Shown: positions 27,806 through 37,845 of the stretch, piece after piece
Layout: each line of letters begins with the position of its first letter
Position numbering within the stretch: position 1 is the first letter of the stretch
Assembly (NCBI GenBank): GCA_964598225.1
Contig: CAZRBG010000013.1
Location: forward strand, 7,903 to 71,902
From: an uncultured Pirellulales bacterium
Lineage (GTDB): Bacteria > Planctomycetota > Phycisphaerae > Sedimentisphaerales > Anaerobacaceae
DNA: 64,000 nucleotides
Direction of reading: 5' to 3'
Translations under genes and position numbers: made by a program
The notes under the pieces: model-generated
What the model saw: only the letters and a program-made list of their open reading frames with translations
Told to the model about the DNA's origin: nothing
Databases searched by the model: none

Positions 27806-30800
27806 ATGAAGGAGCTACAACAACCTATTATGAAACTGACTCTATCAACTGAATCAAATGTAGGCAATTCTGCCCTGGGAATTTTTCTGGTTTCGTTTCT
27901 CTCTGTGGGGCATGCATTTGCCGCCATGAGTCCGCGGGAGATTCTAAGCGACAGTGGCATAACCGGCGGCCTGGTGGTCCATCTTGAATGCGGCGAGGGC
28001 AAGCTCACCGCGGATATAGCGATAAGTGGAAATTATCTTGTACATGGACTTGATAAGAACCCAGGAGATGTCGCTGAGGCCCGCAGCAATCTGCTTGACC
28101 AAGACCTTTACGGGAAAGTGCAGATCAATGAATTTGATGGAAAGAACCTTCCCTATATCGACAACCTCGTGAATTTACTGGTTGGCGAGAAGCTTGGCGA
28201 TGTAAGTAAAGACGAAGTGATGAGAGTGCTGGCTCCGCGTGGTGTCGCCTTTATAGGTGAAGAAAAGATAACCAAAAAATGGCCTGAAAAGATAAAAGAA
28301 TGGACCCATTATCTAAACGATTCGACCAATAATGCCGTGAGCGAGGATAAGGTTGCAAGTTACCCAAGGAACATGCAGTGGGCGGCTTCTCCGATGTGGG
28401 CAAGGCATCATGATAAACAGGCCAGTCTAAGTGCGCTGGCGACAAGCAAGGGGCGCCTGTATTACATCGTTGATCGAGGCCCGGCCCATACCCCTTTTCA
28501 TGATGCTCAGTGGCGTCTTGAGGCACGCGATGCATTCAATGGTCTGCTCCTTTGGTCAAGGCCGATGAAATCATGGGTATCTCATCTGAGGCGTTTTCGC
28601 TCCGGCCCCGTACAGCTTGCAAGATTGCTTGTGGCTGATAAGGACTACATCTTTGTTGCATTGGGCATCAATGCACCCGTGTCAGTCATTGACGGCGTTA
28701 ATGGAGAGGTCATTCGAGAGATAAATTGCACGGTTAATGCTGAAGAGATTGTATATCATGATGGTTTTCTGCTTGTGATAACGGGCAAAGAGGCGGCAGA
28801 GCAAGCTTATGACAGCAATGCCAGTTTTAAGGAGAAGGCGCTTGTGGCGGTCCATCCTGATAAAGGAAAGCTTCTCTGGCGTTATCCGCAAGAGGGTTTT
28901 GTCGATATTATTCCCCGGACATTGGCGGCCTCGGATTCAAGAGTGGTGCTGCAGCAGGAGGGTGATACAGTTTGCCTGGACTTAAAAAGCGGCAAGTGTA
29001 TTTGGACTAAGACGGTATTCCAGACACCGAACGACAACGATCCGAACGAAGGAGAAAATAAGAGAAGAAGAAAATTCAGCGGCCGGCGGCGGGGATGGGT
29101 GTTTAGTACGCTGGTGATTCATGATAGCGTGATTCTTACCACTGATAACAAGAAGCTCAGTGCGCTTTCTCTCGGAGACGGTGAGGTACTCTGGAGCGCG
29201 GTTGCGTCGACCCCGTTCAACAAGACACCGTCGGTTGATGTGCTTGTGATAGACGACGTTGTCTGGACGAGCCCTGATTTTGCAGCGGGCCGCGCCCTTC
29301 GGACCGGAGAAGTGGTCCACAAAATCGATAAATCTGAGATTGTCACCGCCGGACATCATCATCGCTGTTATCGCAACAAGGCAGTGGGAGATTTTATCGT
29401 GTACGGCTATCGGGGCATAGACTACCTCGATACAAAGGGAGACAATCACTCCAGGAACAATTGGGTGCGCGGAACATGCCAGTATGGGATCATGCCTGCC
29501 AACGGTCTTATGTACGCTCCGCCACATAACTGCGGGTGTTATCCTGAGGCGATGCTTCGTGGCTTTTGGGCCCTGGCGCCGTCGCAGAGCAAGCTCAGAG
29601 TGCCCGCAGCATTTAACGGAAGGCTAGAAAAAGGGCCAGAATACTCAGTATCGGAAAGGGAACGCCCAAGGTCAAAGTCGGAGCAATGGTGGACACATAG
29701 AGGCGATCCGGGCAGGACCGGAGTAACTTCCGCAGAGATATCTGATTCGGCGAAAAAAACATGGGAAGCTGATATAGGTGGTGATCTTACGGCACCGGTA
29801 TCGGCCTCTGGTTTAGTTCTTGTTGCGTCAAAGGACACCCATACAGTTTATGCCCTGGACGAGGAAACAGGTAGTGAAGTGTGGTCTTATACTGCAGGCG
29901 GACAGGTAGATTCGCCGCCTACGATCTACGGCGATAGCATCCTTTTTGGGGCCGCCAATGGCTGCGTGTATTCGCTTTCGCTAAAAGACGGGGTGCTGAG
30001 GTGGCGTTTTAATGCCGCACCTGTAAGTCTTAATTCTGTTTCTTTCGGCAAGGTCGAGTCTTTGTGGCCCGTGCATGGAAGTATTCTCGTAAAGAACGTT
30101 ACGGCCTATTTTGCGGCAGGTAGAAACGCATACCTTGACAAAGGGCTCTTCCTGTTCGGTCTTGATGCTCACAGCGGCAAAGTCAAATACTCCACACGAC
30201 TGCGCGGTCAGCATCCCGGCGCGATACAAAACAGCAATAACATAGAATTAAAGAAGTTTGTCCAGAATGCTACCGATTACAAGACGTTTGAGGCTCGGGA
30301 CGAGAGCGACGCCTTTTCCATGGACGGTAATATAGGAGACATCATGCTGGCGGATGATGATTCGATCTATCTGCGGCATATGCGTTTTAACGACAAACTC
30401 GAACGTCAGGAGAAGTTCAAACATCATCTTTTTTCGACATCAACGTTCGTTGACGACAATGAAGCTCACAGGTCTCATTTCTTCTACGGCAATGGCAATT
30501 TCCGTCTCTTACCCGTAGCTTATGAATGGATCACCCGCGGCTCGTACGGCGGCTACAATGTGCCGGCCGCGAAGCTGATGATCTATGACGGCAAAACTCT
30601 CTGGGGGTCGGCTCTTGCCGGGCAAGGGAGATCTTTGTTCGCATTTAACATCGAAGGCCTTGATGATCGCTATGAAAAGAATTTTCCGGCAGAGTCTAAG
30701 GAAAAGATCGGCGGGGAGAAGATATGGACACAGAAACTTGACATGCATCCGCGCGCAATGATTAAGGCCGGAGACAACATCATCCTGGCCGGATCAGAGC

Positions 30801-30979
30801 ACGTCGATCAGTTGCTGGGTAAATCTGAAGGAGGAATCCTAATAACAGTTTCGGCCGAAAATGGGGAAACGGTTTCGACAACGGCGCTTGATTTCGTGCC
30901 GGTATTTGACGGTATGGCTGCCGCGAATGCAAGCCTTTACATCTCTTTCCAGGATGGCAAACTGGCTTGTTACAGGTAG
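27806..30979 (+). CDS. secreted protein: SAM-methyltransferase-like fold + PQQ-like beta-propeller repeats
   Basis: 1057 aa with a hydrophobic N-terminal signal/anchor. MTase motif-I-like VVHLECGEGK, then HGLD and DGKNLPYIDNLVNLLV. Propeller-type repeats (..VYALDEETGSEVWSY..). Conserved HHHRCYRNK..CQYGIMPANG..CGCY block. Confidence 0.85.
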   Translation: MKELQQPIMKLTLSTESNVGNSALGIFLVSFLSVGHAFAAMSPREILSDSGITGGLVVHLECGEGKLTADIAISGNYLVHGLDKNPGDVAEARSNLLDQDLYGKVQINEFDGKNLPYIDNLVNLLVGEKLGDVSKDEVMRVLAPRGVAFIGEEKITKKWPEKIKEWTHYLNDSTNNAVSEDKVASYPRNMQWAASPMWARHHDKQASLSALATSKGRLYYIVDRGPAHTPFHDAQWRLEARDAFNGLLLWSRPMKSWVSHLRRFRSGPVQLARLLVADKDYIFVALGINAPVSVIDGVNGEVIREINCTVNAEEIVYHDGFLLVITGKEAAEQAYDSNASFKEKALVAVHPDKGKLLWRYPQEGFVDIIPRTLAASDSRVVLQQEGDTVCLDLKSGKCIWTKTVFQTPNDNDPNEGENKRRRKFSGRRRGWVFSTLVIHDSVILTTDNKKLSALSLGDGEVLWSAVASTPFNKTPSVDVLVIDDVVWTSPDFAAGRALRTGEVVHKIDKSEIVTAGHHHRCYRNKAVGDFIVYGYRGIDYLDTKGDNHSRNNWVRGTCQYGIMPANGLMYAPPHNCGCYPEAMLRGFWALAPSQSKLRVPAAFNGRLEKGPEYSVSERERPRSKSEQWWTHRGDPGRTGVTSAEISDSAKKTWEADIGGDLTAPVSASGLVLVASKDTHTVYALDEETGSEVWSYTAGGQVDSPPTIYGDSILFGAANGCVYSLSLKDGVLRWRFNAAPVSLNSVSFGKVESLWPVHGSILVKNVTAYFAAGRNAYLDKGLFLFGLDAHSGKVKYSTRLRGQHPGAIQNSNNIELKKFVQNATDYKTFEARDESDAFSMDGNIGDIMLADDDSIYLRHMRFNDKLERQEKFKHHLFSTSTFVDDNEAHRSHFFYGNGNFRLLPVAYEWITRGSYGGYNVPAAKLMIYDGKTLWGSALAGQGRSLFAFNIEGLDDRYEKNFPAESKEKIGGEKIWTQKLDMHPRAMIKAGDNIILAGSEHVDQLLGKSEGGILITVSAENGETVSTTALDFVPVFDGMAAANASLYISFQDGKLACYR

Positions 30980-31046
30980 GGATTTTTCAGTTCGTTTCCG
31001 GCGAATCGCCCAAAGGTTCTGGAGCGGCCAAAAGAGGAGAAAAACG

Positions 31047-34000
31047 ATGAGACATTTGAAGATCACACTGGTATTGCTGTCGTTTGTTTTGACAACTGTT
31101 GATTCAGTGCAGGCTGGCCCTCCGGGTGAGGAGCTTCTGCGGGCGTCGGGGATCAAAGGAGGCGTTGTAGTGCACCTGGGCTGTGGCGACGGCAAAACAA
31201 CCTCCGCCCTTTACGCCGGCAAACGTTTTCTCGTCCACGGCCTGGATACCGATGCGGACGCGGTGGAAAGCGCTAAAGCCAATATCGATTCGCTCGGCCT
31301 TTACGGCATGGTCTCCGTTGAGACGTACGACGGCAAGAACCTGCCCTACGGCGACAATATCGTGAATCTGATCGTAGTTGACGACGCTTCGAACGTCCCC
31401 GCCGAAGAGATTGAGCGTGTTCTCGTGCCGAAAGGAGTCGCACTCGTCAAATCCGGCTTGGAGTTGCTCGACTCATCGCCCCTGGGAAAAGCGGGCGCGA
31501 TTAAGGGATGGAACAGATACACGAAACCCTGGCCTGCCGAGATCGACCAGTGGACGCATTTTCTATACGACTCTACCGGCAATGCCGTCACCAGGGATAA
31601 GCGAGTGCGCCGCCCGCGCCATGTCCAGTGGTACGCGGGACCTAAACGCTCACGCCATCATGATGCGCTGGCGAGTATGAGCGCGATGACATCGAGCAAC
31701 GGCCGGCTGTTCTATATCTTCGATGAAGGTCCGACTTCAATCATGCACCGACCCGCCCGCTGGAAGCTGATAGCACGCGACGCCTTCAATGGCAAGCTGC
31801 TTTGGAAGCGCGATATCCCGACCTGGATGACACACCTGTACAATTTCCGCGCCGGTCCCAAACAACTTCCCCGCCGTCTCGTTTCGGTCGGCGACAGCGT
31901 CTATGGCACACTGGGTCTCTGTGAGCCGGCCTTAAAGCTCGACGCCGCCACGGGAAAGACCCTTCTGACCTATGAGGACTCCGACAATACCGAGGAGCTT
32001 ATCCATCACGAAGGGATGCTGCTGGCGGTAATCGGCGATCCGAACATCCTGATGGACAAAGCACATGGGTGCTTCGGCTACTGGGAGATGGCAGAGTATG
32101 AAGATCCGACGGTAGATAAAAGGATCGTCGCCTATGACGCCGAGACTGGCAGCCAAATGTGGACTGTTACCGGAGACAATCTAAGGCATTTGGTCCCCTT
32201 ATCCTTATGCGCTCTCGACAACAATGTCTTCTATCTCGACAACAACAGACTTTACTGTCTCAACTCGAAGAATGGCGAGCAGCGGTGGGCGTCGCCATTC
32301 GAGACGAAAGGACTGTTCATACGAAGTTACGCGCCAACGGTCGTGGCTCACAATAACGTTATCATGTGTTTGAAATGGAACCGCCTCTGCGCCTACTCCG
32401 TCCAGTCGGGCCAAAAGCTGTGGGAGAACAAAGGCGCGATGGGTTTCGGTTCGCCCGGCGATCTCTTCGCGATAGGCGACAAGGCCTGGATTGTGCCCAT
32501 GACAAAGTCCATCTGGCGGGAAAGCCGCAGAAACAGCGACGGGATCGTCACAACAGGAATCAACGTGCCCAAATCCGTTTTCTTGAACGATGCGAGGACG
32601 GCGGTTGGCATCGATCTCAATACGGGCGAAATAACAGAGGAGTTGCCGTTCGCCCATACGCAGCACCATCATCGCTGCTACCGCAACAAAGCGACCGAGC
32701 AGTATTTGCTGATCGGCCATAGCGGCATCCAGGTAGTTGACTTGGGAACCAAGAGCTACGAGACCCACAGGTGGGTACGTGGTCTCTGCCAGTATGGAAT
32801 CATGCCGGCGAATGGATATATTTATGTCCCGCCGGATACTTGTCAATGCTACGGATCGGGCAAGATCAATGGATTCTTCGCACTGTCGGAAAAGAACTCC
32901 TGGAAGGACATCGAAGTCACACCTGCCCTGGAGAAAGGCCCGGCCTACATACAGGTGGCGGACAAGCGTGACATAAAATCTGCTCTCAAGACCGGCCGGG
33001 ACCAATGGCCTACCTACCGCGGCAACGACTCGCGCAGCGGATCGACTACATGTGAGGTCCCGGGAAAGCCAAAAAAGCAATGGTGCGTCGATATCGGCAG
33101 GACGATCACAGCTCCGGTAATTGCGGCCGAAAAGGTTTTCCTCGCTGAAAAGGATGCCTTTGTCGTCCACTGCCGCGCCACCAAAGACGGCAGGCTGATT
33201 TGGAAATACCTGGCTGCCGGCCCTATCGACTCGCCGCCCACGATATACAAGGGATTGTGTATCTTCGGCTGCGGTGATGGATCGGTTTACTGTCTGGACG
33301 CGCAAAACGGAAAGCTGGCGTGGCGTTTCAAGACATCGAAGATCGAGCGACGGATCGGCCATGAGGGCAAGCTGGAATCACCCTTGCGCATCCACGGAAG
33401 CGTGCTGGTGCAGGACGACACAGTCTATTTCGTCGCAGGGTACTCGTCCAACCTCGATGGCGGAATCCGGCTTTACGGCGTGGACGCACGGACGGGCGAA
33501 CAGCGCTGCTCCGGCAAGCTTGCCTCGGGCCACTGGGGCAACGACGGACAGTGGGGATTCCTGGCCGATATTCTGGCCTCGGACGGAAAGACTGTAAACA
33601 TGCGTAACGCCCCTTTCGATAATGAACTCAAAAAGATAAGAGGACGTGGGCCTATCATCGCCGCCACGGGCCTGCTCGAGGACTCATGGTTCCACAGACA
33701 GGGCTGGTCGTCGGCGATGGGCGGAAAAGGCCAGCTCATCGCGTTCGATGAGAACCGATCATTTAGTGTAGGAAATCCTTACACAGGACTGAAACGGCGC
33801 CGAAGGCGAAAGTATCAGGAGTTCAATCAGGTAGGTCACTTCCATCAGAAGTTCACTCGGTACAAGGAGGAGTTCTTCCCGGTGGGCACGACGATCATCT
33901 CTTCGAGGGGTAAACGCAAAGGCGAAAAAGCCTGGTCTAAAGATATAGAATTGCAGTCCCGTGCCATGGTTTTGGCCGATGAAAAACTCTGCCTGGCCGG

Positions 34001-34223
34001 CTGGATCGATGCCGTGGCAATAGAAATGAAAACGGGGAGACCCAGAAACCCGGCAAATGCGGATTCACATGAATCGGTTCTCCGTATCTACACCGCCGAT
34101 GAAGGCGAGTTGGTTTCGCAAACCAGACTTGAAGCCGAGCCTGTCTTTGATGCAATGGCAGCAGCGTACGGCAAACTGTTTCTGTCACTCAAGAACGGAA
34201 GACTCCTCTGTCTGGCCGAGTGA
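31047..34223 (+). CDS. secreted protein: SAM-methyltransferase-like fold + PQQ-like beta-propeller repeats (paralog of 27806..30979)
   Basis: Start set at ATG 31047 (MRHLKITLVLLSFVLTTVDSVQA), preceded by GAGGAGA. Collinear with the upstream gene over its whole length (VVHLGCGDGK, HHHRCYRNK, CQYGIMPANG, CQCY). Confidence 0.85.
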   Translation: MRHLKITLVLLSFVLTTVDSVQAGPPGEELLRASGIKGGVVVHLGCGDGKTTSALYAGKRFLVHGLDTDADAVESAKANIDSLGLYGMVSVETYDGKNLPYGDNIVNLIVVDDASNVPAEEIERVLVPKGVALVKSGLELLDSSPLGKAGAIKGWNRYTKPWPAEIDQWTHFLYDSTGNAVTRDKRVRRPRHVQWYAGPKRSRHHDALASMSAMTSSNGRLFYIFDEGPTSIMHRPARWKLIARDAFNGKLLWKRDIPTWMTHLYNFRAGPKQLPRRLVSVGDSVYGTLGLCEPALKLDAATGKTLLTYEDSDNTEELIHHEGMLLAVIGDPNILMDKAHGCFGYWEMAEYEDPTVDKRIVAYDAETGSQMWTVTGDNLRHLVPLSLCALDNNVFYLDNNRLYCLNSKNGEQRWASPFETKGLFIRSYAPTVVAHNNVIMCLKWNRLCAYSVQSGQKLWENKGAMGFGSPGDLFAIGDKAWIVPMTKSIWRESRRNSDGIVTTGINVPKSVFLNDARTAVGIDLNTGEITEELPFAHTQHHHRCYRNKATEQYLLIGHSGIQVVDLGTKSYETHRWVRGLCQYGIMPANGYIYVPPDTCQCYGSGKINGFFALSEKNSWKDIEVTPALEKGPAYIQVADKRDIKSALKTGRDQWPTYRGNDSRSGSTTCEVPGKPKKQWCVDIGRTITAPVIAAEKVFLAEKDAFVVHCRATKDGRLIWKYLAAGPIDSPPTIYKGLCIFGCGDGSVYCLDAQNGKLAWRFKTSKIERRIGHEGKLESPLRIHGSVLVQDDTVYFVAGYSSNLDGGIRLYGVDARTGEQRCSGKLASGHWGNDGQWGFLADILASDGKTVNMRNAPFDNELKKIRGRGPIIAATGLLEDSWFHRQGWSSAMGGKGQLIAFDENRSFSVGNPYTGLKRRRRRKYQEFNQVGHFHQKFTRYKEEFFPVGTTIISSRGKRKGEKAWSKDIELQSRAMVLADEKLCLAGWIDAVAIEMKTGRPRNPANADSHESVLRIYTADEGELVSQTRLEAEPVFDAMAAAYGKLFLSLKNGRLLCLAE

Positions 34224-34262
34224 ACACCGCAAAATAAACTTTCATATTTACAGGAGACAATA

Positions 34263-34980
34263 ATGACTAAATCCGCCCAAAAAAACAACGTAAACCGTCG
34301 AGAGTTCATCAAACAAAGTGGTGCGATGGCCGCAGGTGCGGCTGTGCTGGCGAGTATCTCGCCTATGGCTTTTGCCTGCGACGACGAGACTATTCGTCTG
34401 GCTCTGATCGGCTGCGGCGGCCGCGGCACAGGCGCCGTAGGTGATGCTCTGAGCGTTCCCAACGAAGGGCCTGTACAGTTATATGCAATGGCCGACATCC
34501 ACGGCGAACGAATTGAACCACGCCTGGCGGCACTGAAGAAGAGGTTCCCTGATAAGGTGAACGTCAGCGCCGACCGGAAATTCATTGGTTTCCAGGCCTA
34601 CAAACAGGCCGTGGACATCCTCAGGCCCGGCGATGTCGCTCTGTGCACTACACGCGCTTACATCCGCCCGGTACACGTGGAATACGCAATCAGTAAAGGC
34701 ATCAACGTCTTCTTCGAAAAGCCGTTTGCCTCCGATCACCGACAAAGGACCGCTACAGTCCGTGGCAATACGAGTGGAACGACTTCATACACAGCATCCG
34801 GACCGACCGAAAGCACAACGAACTCAAGCGCGCGGTCTACTCAGACCTGACGACGCTTATGGGCCGAGCCGCCTGCCACACCGGCCAGACGGTCACCTGG
34901 GATCAGATAATGAAGTCCCGCTTCCAGTTCTGTGACTATCTCGATGACCTGAGCTACGATGCCCCGGTCCCCGTCAGAGC
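34263..34980 (+). pseudogene. Gfo/Idh/MocA-family oxidoreductase remnant (TAT signal; internal deletion plus frame change)
   Basis: The N-terminus NRREFIKQSGAMAAGAAV plus Rossmann part runs up to INVFFEKPFASD in frame 0. The family C-terminal tail (YEWNDFIHSIRTDRKHNE..LMGRAACHTGQTVTWDQIM..PVPV) resumes from ~34745 in another frame. The central ~200 aa expected for the family are absent. Confidence 0.7.
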
Positions 34981-36409
34981 CTTTCCATTAACACTGGTTT
35001 TTCTTGGCCCGATTATAGTCAATGTCTATGCCAGGAGCCGAGGCGATGACTATCCCAATCTGGCTTTGGGTAAAGAGTCCTATATGGTTCGCCTTCAGGA
35101 CAACCTTCCTCCTGCTTCAAACGGGAACGATGGTAATCTGGCTACGGCAGTAAGGAGTACTCCCCGCACAATCGACGCCTACTGGGAAGTGGACCTCGGA
35201 CAGGAATATGCAGTTGATCGCGTCAGAGTGATTCCCGACAGCGGCTTTGAGGATCGAATGACTCACACTGTCGTCAGGTTGTTTGACGGGGAACACACGT
35301 CCGTTTACAGCAGGCACATGGATAGTATTCCGCGGCAGATTTTTGATGTTTGGTGCGGTGGCCCGCGAAGGGCTCGATATGTGCGAGTGGGGCTGGAGAA
35401 TAAGGAACGCTCGACACCCGCCGGCGCGTCCAGTTGGGATACATATATAGGCATAAAGGAAGTCGAAGTCTTCGGCAAGGAATCTGCCGAAATAGGGTTG
35501 TTTTCATTTGAGGCCTCGTCATCCCGAATAAGCAGCGGTGAATCAGTCACGTTCAACTGGGCGGTGGCCGATATCACTGAACTGAAGCTGTATCCGGATC
35601 CGAATATTGATCTACTACATTCCCTGACGGATGTTCTGGGCGTCGGATCGATTACAGTCTTCCCTGAACAATCTACCGAGTATTTGCTGGTGGCTGAGAA
35701 TACTTTTGGAGTCTATGTCAAAGCCGCCTCAGTAATAGTCGATGATGTGCCGCTATCGGTATGTATCAACGAGATCATGGCTCGGAACCGCCAGACTCTC
35801 AAAGACGGCTACGGGGATTATTCGGATTGGATAGAGATTCATAATCCTTCCGACATTGAAGTGGAGATGGCAGGATGCGGACTTAGCGACAAACCTGATA
35901 ATCCGATGAAGTGGATATTCCCCGATGTCAAGATACCGCCTCACGGCTATCTGATTGTGTTCGCATCGGGAGACAAGGAACTTGATGAGCCGAATGATCC
36001 CGAAGGGTATCTCCATACAAACTGGAAGCTGGACGCAAATGGCGAAACTGTGGTCTTGACAGCTCCGGATGGTGTGACTGTTCTGGACGCGATTGTGAAC
36101 TATCCGGCCCAGCGTGCGGATCTTGCCTACGGTCGGGATATGCAGGCAGGCATGGCCCTGCTGGAAGCTCGCATCAGTATGCATTTGTCGGCGCGCGGAA
36201 CGCTTAGCCCGGAAAACAACGCTGCCCGTCTGGCCATGCGAATGGAAGAGATACAGGACAGTCTGATTGCCGAATGCGCTCGCTGGGGCTACCAAACACC
36301 CCAGAGTTGGATCAACGCTGCTGAGAATATTTACAACAACCTTTTCCCGGACCGTACGGCACAGTTGCTGGGTTATCTTCGAGCAAAGGGGTGGTACTCT
36401 GCGAGGTAG
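34981..36409 (+). pseudogene. mosaic remnant: discoidin (F5/8 type C)-like + Ig-like + lamin-tail domain + CotH-family C-terminal tail, CotH core missing
   Basis: In frame with the Gfo tail (track ORF 34859..36409). NLALGK..WEVDLGQEYAVDRVRV is discoidin-like. INEIMARN..DWIEIHN..HGYLIVFASG is lamin-tail-like. That is followed directly by a short tail (ECARWGY..LFPDRTAQLLGYLRAKGWY), where CotH proteins normally have a ~400-aa core. Confidence 0.5.
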
Positions 36410-36672
36410 CCGTCAATGATGCTTCAGAAGAAAAACAGTGCTATATTGACGTCATCATACAATATGTGATAGTCTGCTGAAATAGCTGATAGGATTCTCT
36501 TAATCCCCAAAAAACAGCAACAAGACACAAGAAAGCATAAGCAGAACGCTGAGAAGACGCGATCCCTTAGAACGCAGTGGTTTCGGGTCGTTCTCATTAG
36601 CATTACTGCCGGTGATTTATGGTTAAACGGCCGAGATACCCAAGTTGGATTCTCTGATAGGAGCTAACAATC

Positions 36673-37845
36673 ATGAGCAGTCGATTCAATCGAAGAGATG
36701 TTCTCAAACTTGCAGCGGGTGCGATGATCCCGGCAGTTGAGGCGGGTGGTTTTGAGGTGATCCGGTCTTCCTCTGGAAACGCCATGCCTTCGTATCTGCA
36801 CAGATACGAAGACCTCTACGCCAAGGATCCGCGGCGTGCTGCATTAGCGTGGTTTGCGGACGCGGACTTCGGGCTTTTCATGCACTACGGCTTATACAGC
36901 CTTCTGGGTCGAGGTGAATGGGTTATGTTGCGCGAAAAAATACCGGTCAAGGAATACATGAAACTAAAGGACAGGTTCGCCGCTGATAATTTCAATCCGG
37001 ATTTTATTACGGATATGGCGCTGGAAGCTAAAATGAAATACGTCAACATCACTTCGCGTCATCATGACGGTTTCTGTCTCTTCGAGACAAAAGAGCATGA
37101 TTATCACAGTATGGCCTCGCCTGCAAAGCGGGACCTGATCGGCGATCTGGCACAGGCATGTCAGAAGAAAGGACTGGGCCTGTTTCTCTATTATTCATAC
37201 GCTGCAGACTGGTGGCATCCTTACTTCTATGCACGTGAGGCCGGCTGGAAAAATGCCCGACCTGCCTACGAATCGCCACCGGAGCGGTACAAATGGCGGA
37301 AAGATGAAGATTTTCAGATATACGTAGATTATGTCCACGGGCAATTGCGTGAGCTTCTGACGAACTACGGACCTATTGCGGGGATATGGTTTGATCCTAT
37401 TATGGGATTCTACAGCAGGCCGGATCTATTCCCCATGGAAGAAACATATGCCCTGGTGCGCTCGCTCCAGACTCAGGTACTGATCTCATTCAAACAGGGA
37501 GCCACAGGCACCGAAGATTTTGCCGCCCCCGAGCGTTCCGGGCATTCACTTGCCAATCGGCTCGAGAATCCAAAGCATCGTAGAGTGGCCGAACACGCCT
37601 GGGAGCAAAACAAAAATAAACATAACGAAATATGCGACACGCTGCAACCCCGCATCTGGGGTTACAGAAAGGCGGACGATGAGAAACACCTCGATGCCGA
37701 TGAAGTGTTGAAACGGCTGCACGCTGCGAAAGACAGAAATTGCAATCTTCTGATGAACACAGGTCCCCTGCCCGACGGTTCCATACATCCCGTGGATGTT
37801 GAGACTCTGCGAAAAGTCGGCCGGACTTTACACAATAAGCTTTAG
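36673..37845 (+). CDS. alpha-L-fucosidase (GH29) with TAT-type signal
   Basis: NRRDVLKLAAGAMIPAV; GH29 blocks FGLFMHYGLYS and ITSRHHDGFCLFET..KRDLIGDL..GLGLFLYYS. RBS AGGAG. Confidence 0.9.
   Translation: MSSRFNRRDVLKLAAGAMIPAVEAGGFEVIRSSSGNAMPSYLHRYEDLYAKDPRRAALAWFADADFGLFMHYGLYSLLGRGEWVMLREKIPVKEYMKLKDRFAADNFNPDFITDMALEAKMKYVNITSRHHDGFCLFETKEHDYHSMASPAKRDLIGDLAQACQKKGLGLFLYYSYAADWWHPYFYAREAGWKNARPAYESPPERYKWRKDEDFQIYVDYVHGQLRELLTNYGPIAGIWFDPIMGFYSRPDLFPMEETYALVRSLQTQVLISFKQGATGTEDFAAPERSGHSLANRLENPKHRRVAEHAWEQNKNKHNEICDTLQPRIWGYRKADDEKHLDADEVLKRLHAAKDRNCNLLMNTGPLPDGSIHPVDVETLRKVGRTLHNKL

Noticed and set aside
30861-31046. 62-codon upstream extension of the second propeller gene, overlapping the end of the first.
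   Set aside because: It is Arg-rich and lacks a signal peptide. ATG 31047 follows GAGGAGA and yields a clean signal peptide aligned with the paralog.
34585-34935. 116-aa ORF in a third frame across the Gfo remnant.
   Set aside because: It overlaps the frame that encodes the recognisable Gfo/Idh/MocA C-terminal tail and has Arg/Pro-rich composition. It is a frame artefact of the pseudogene.
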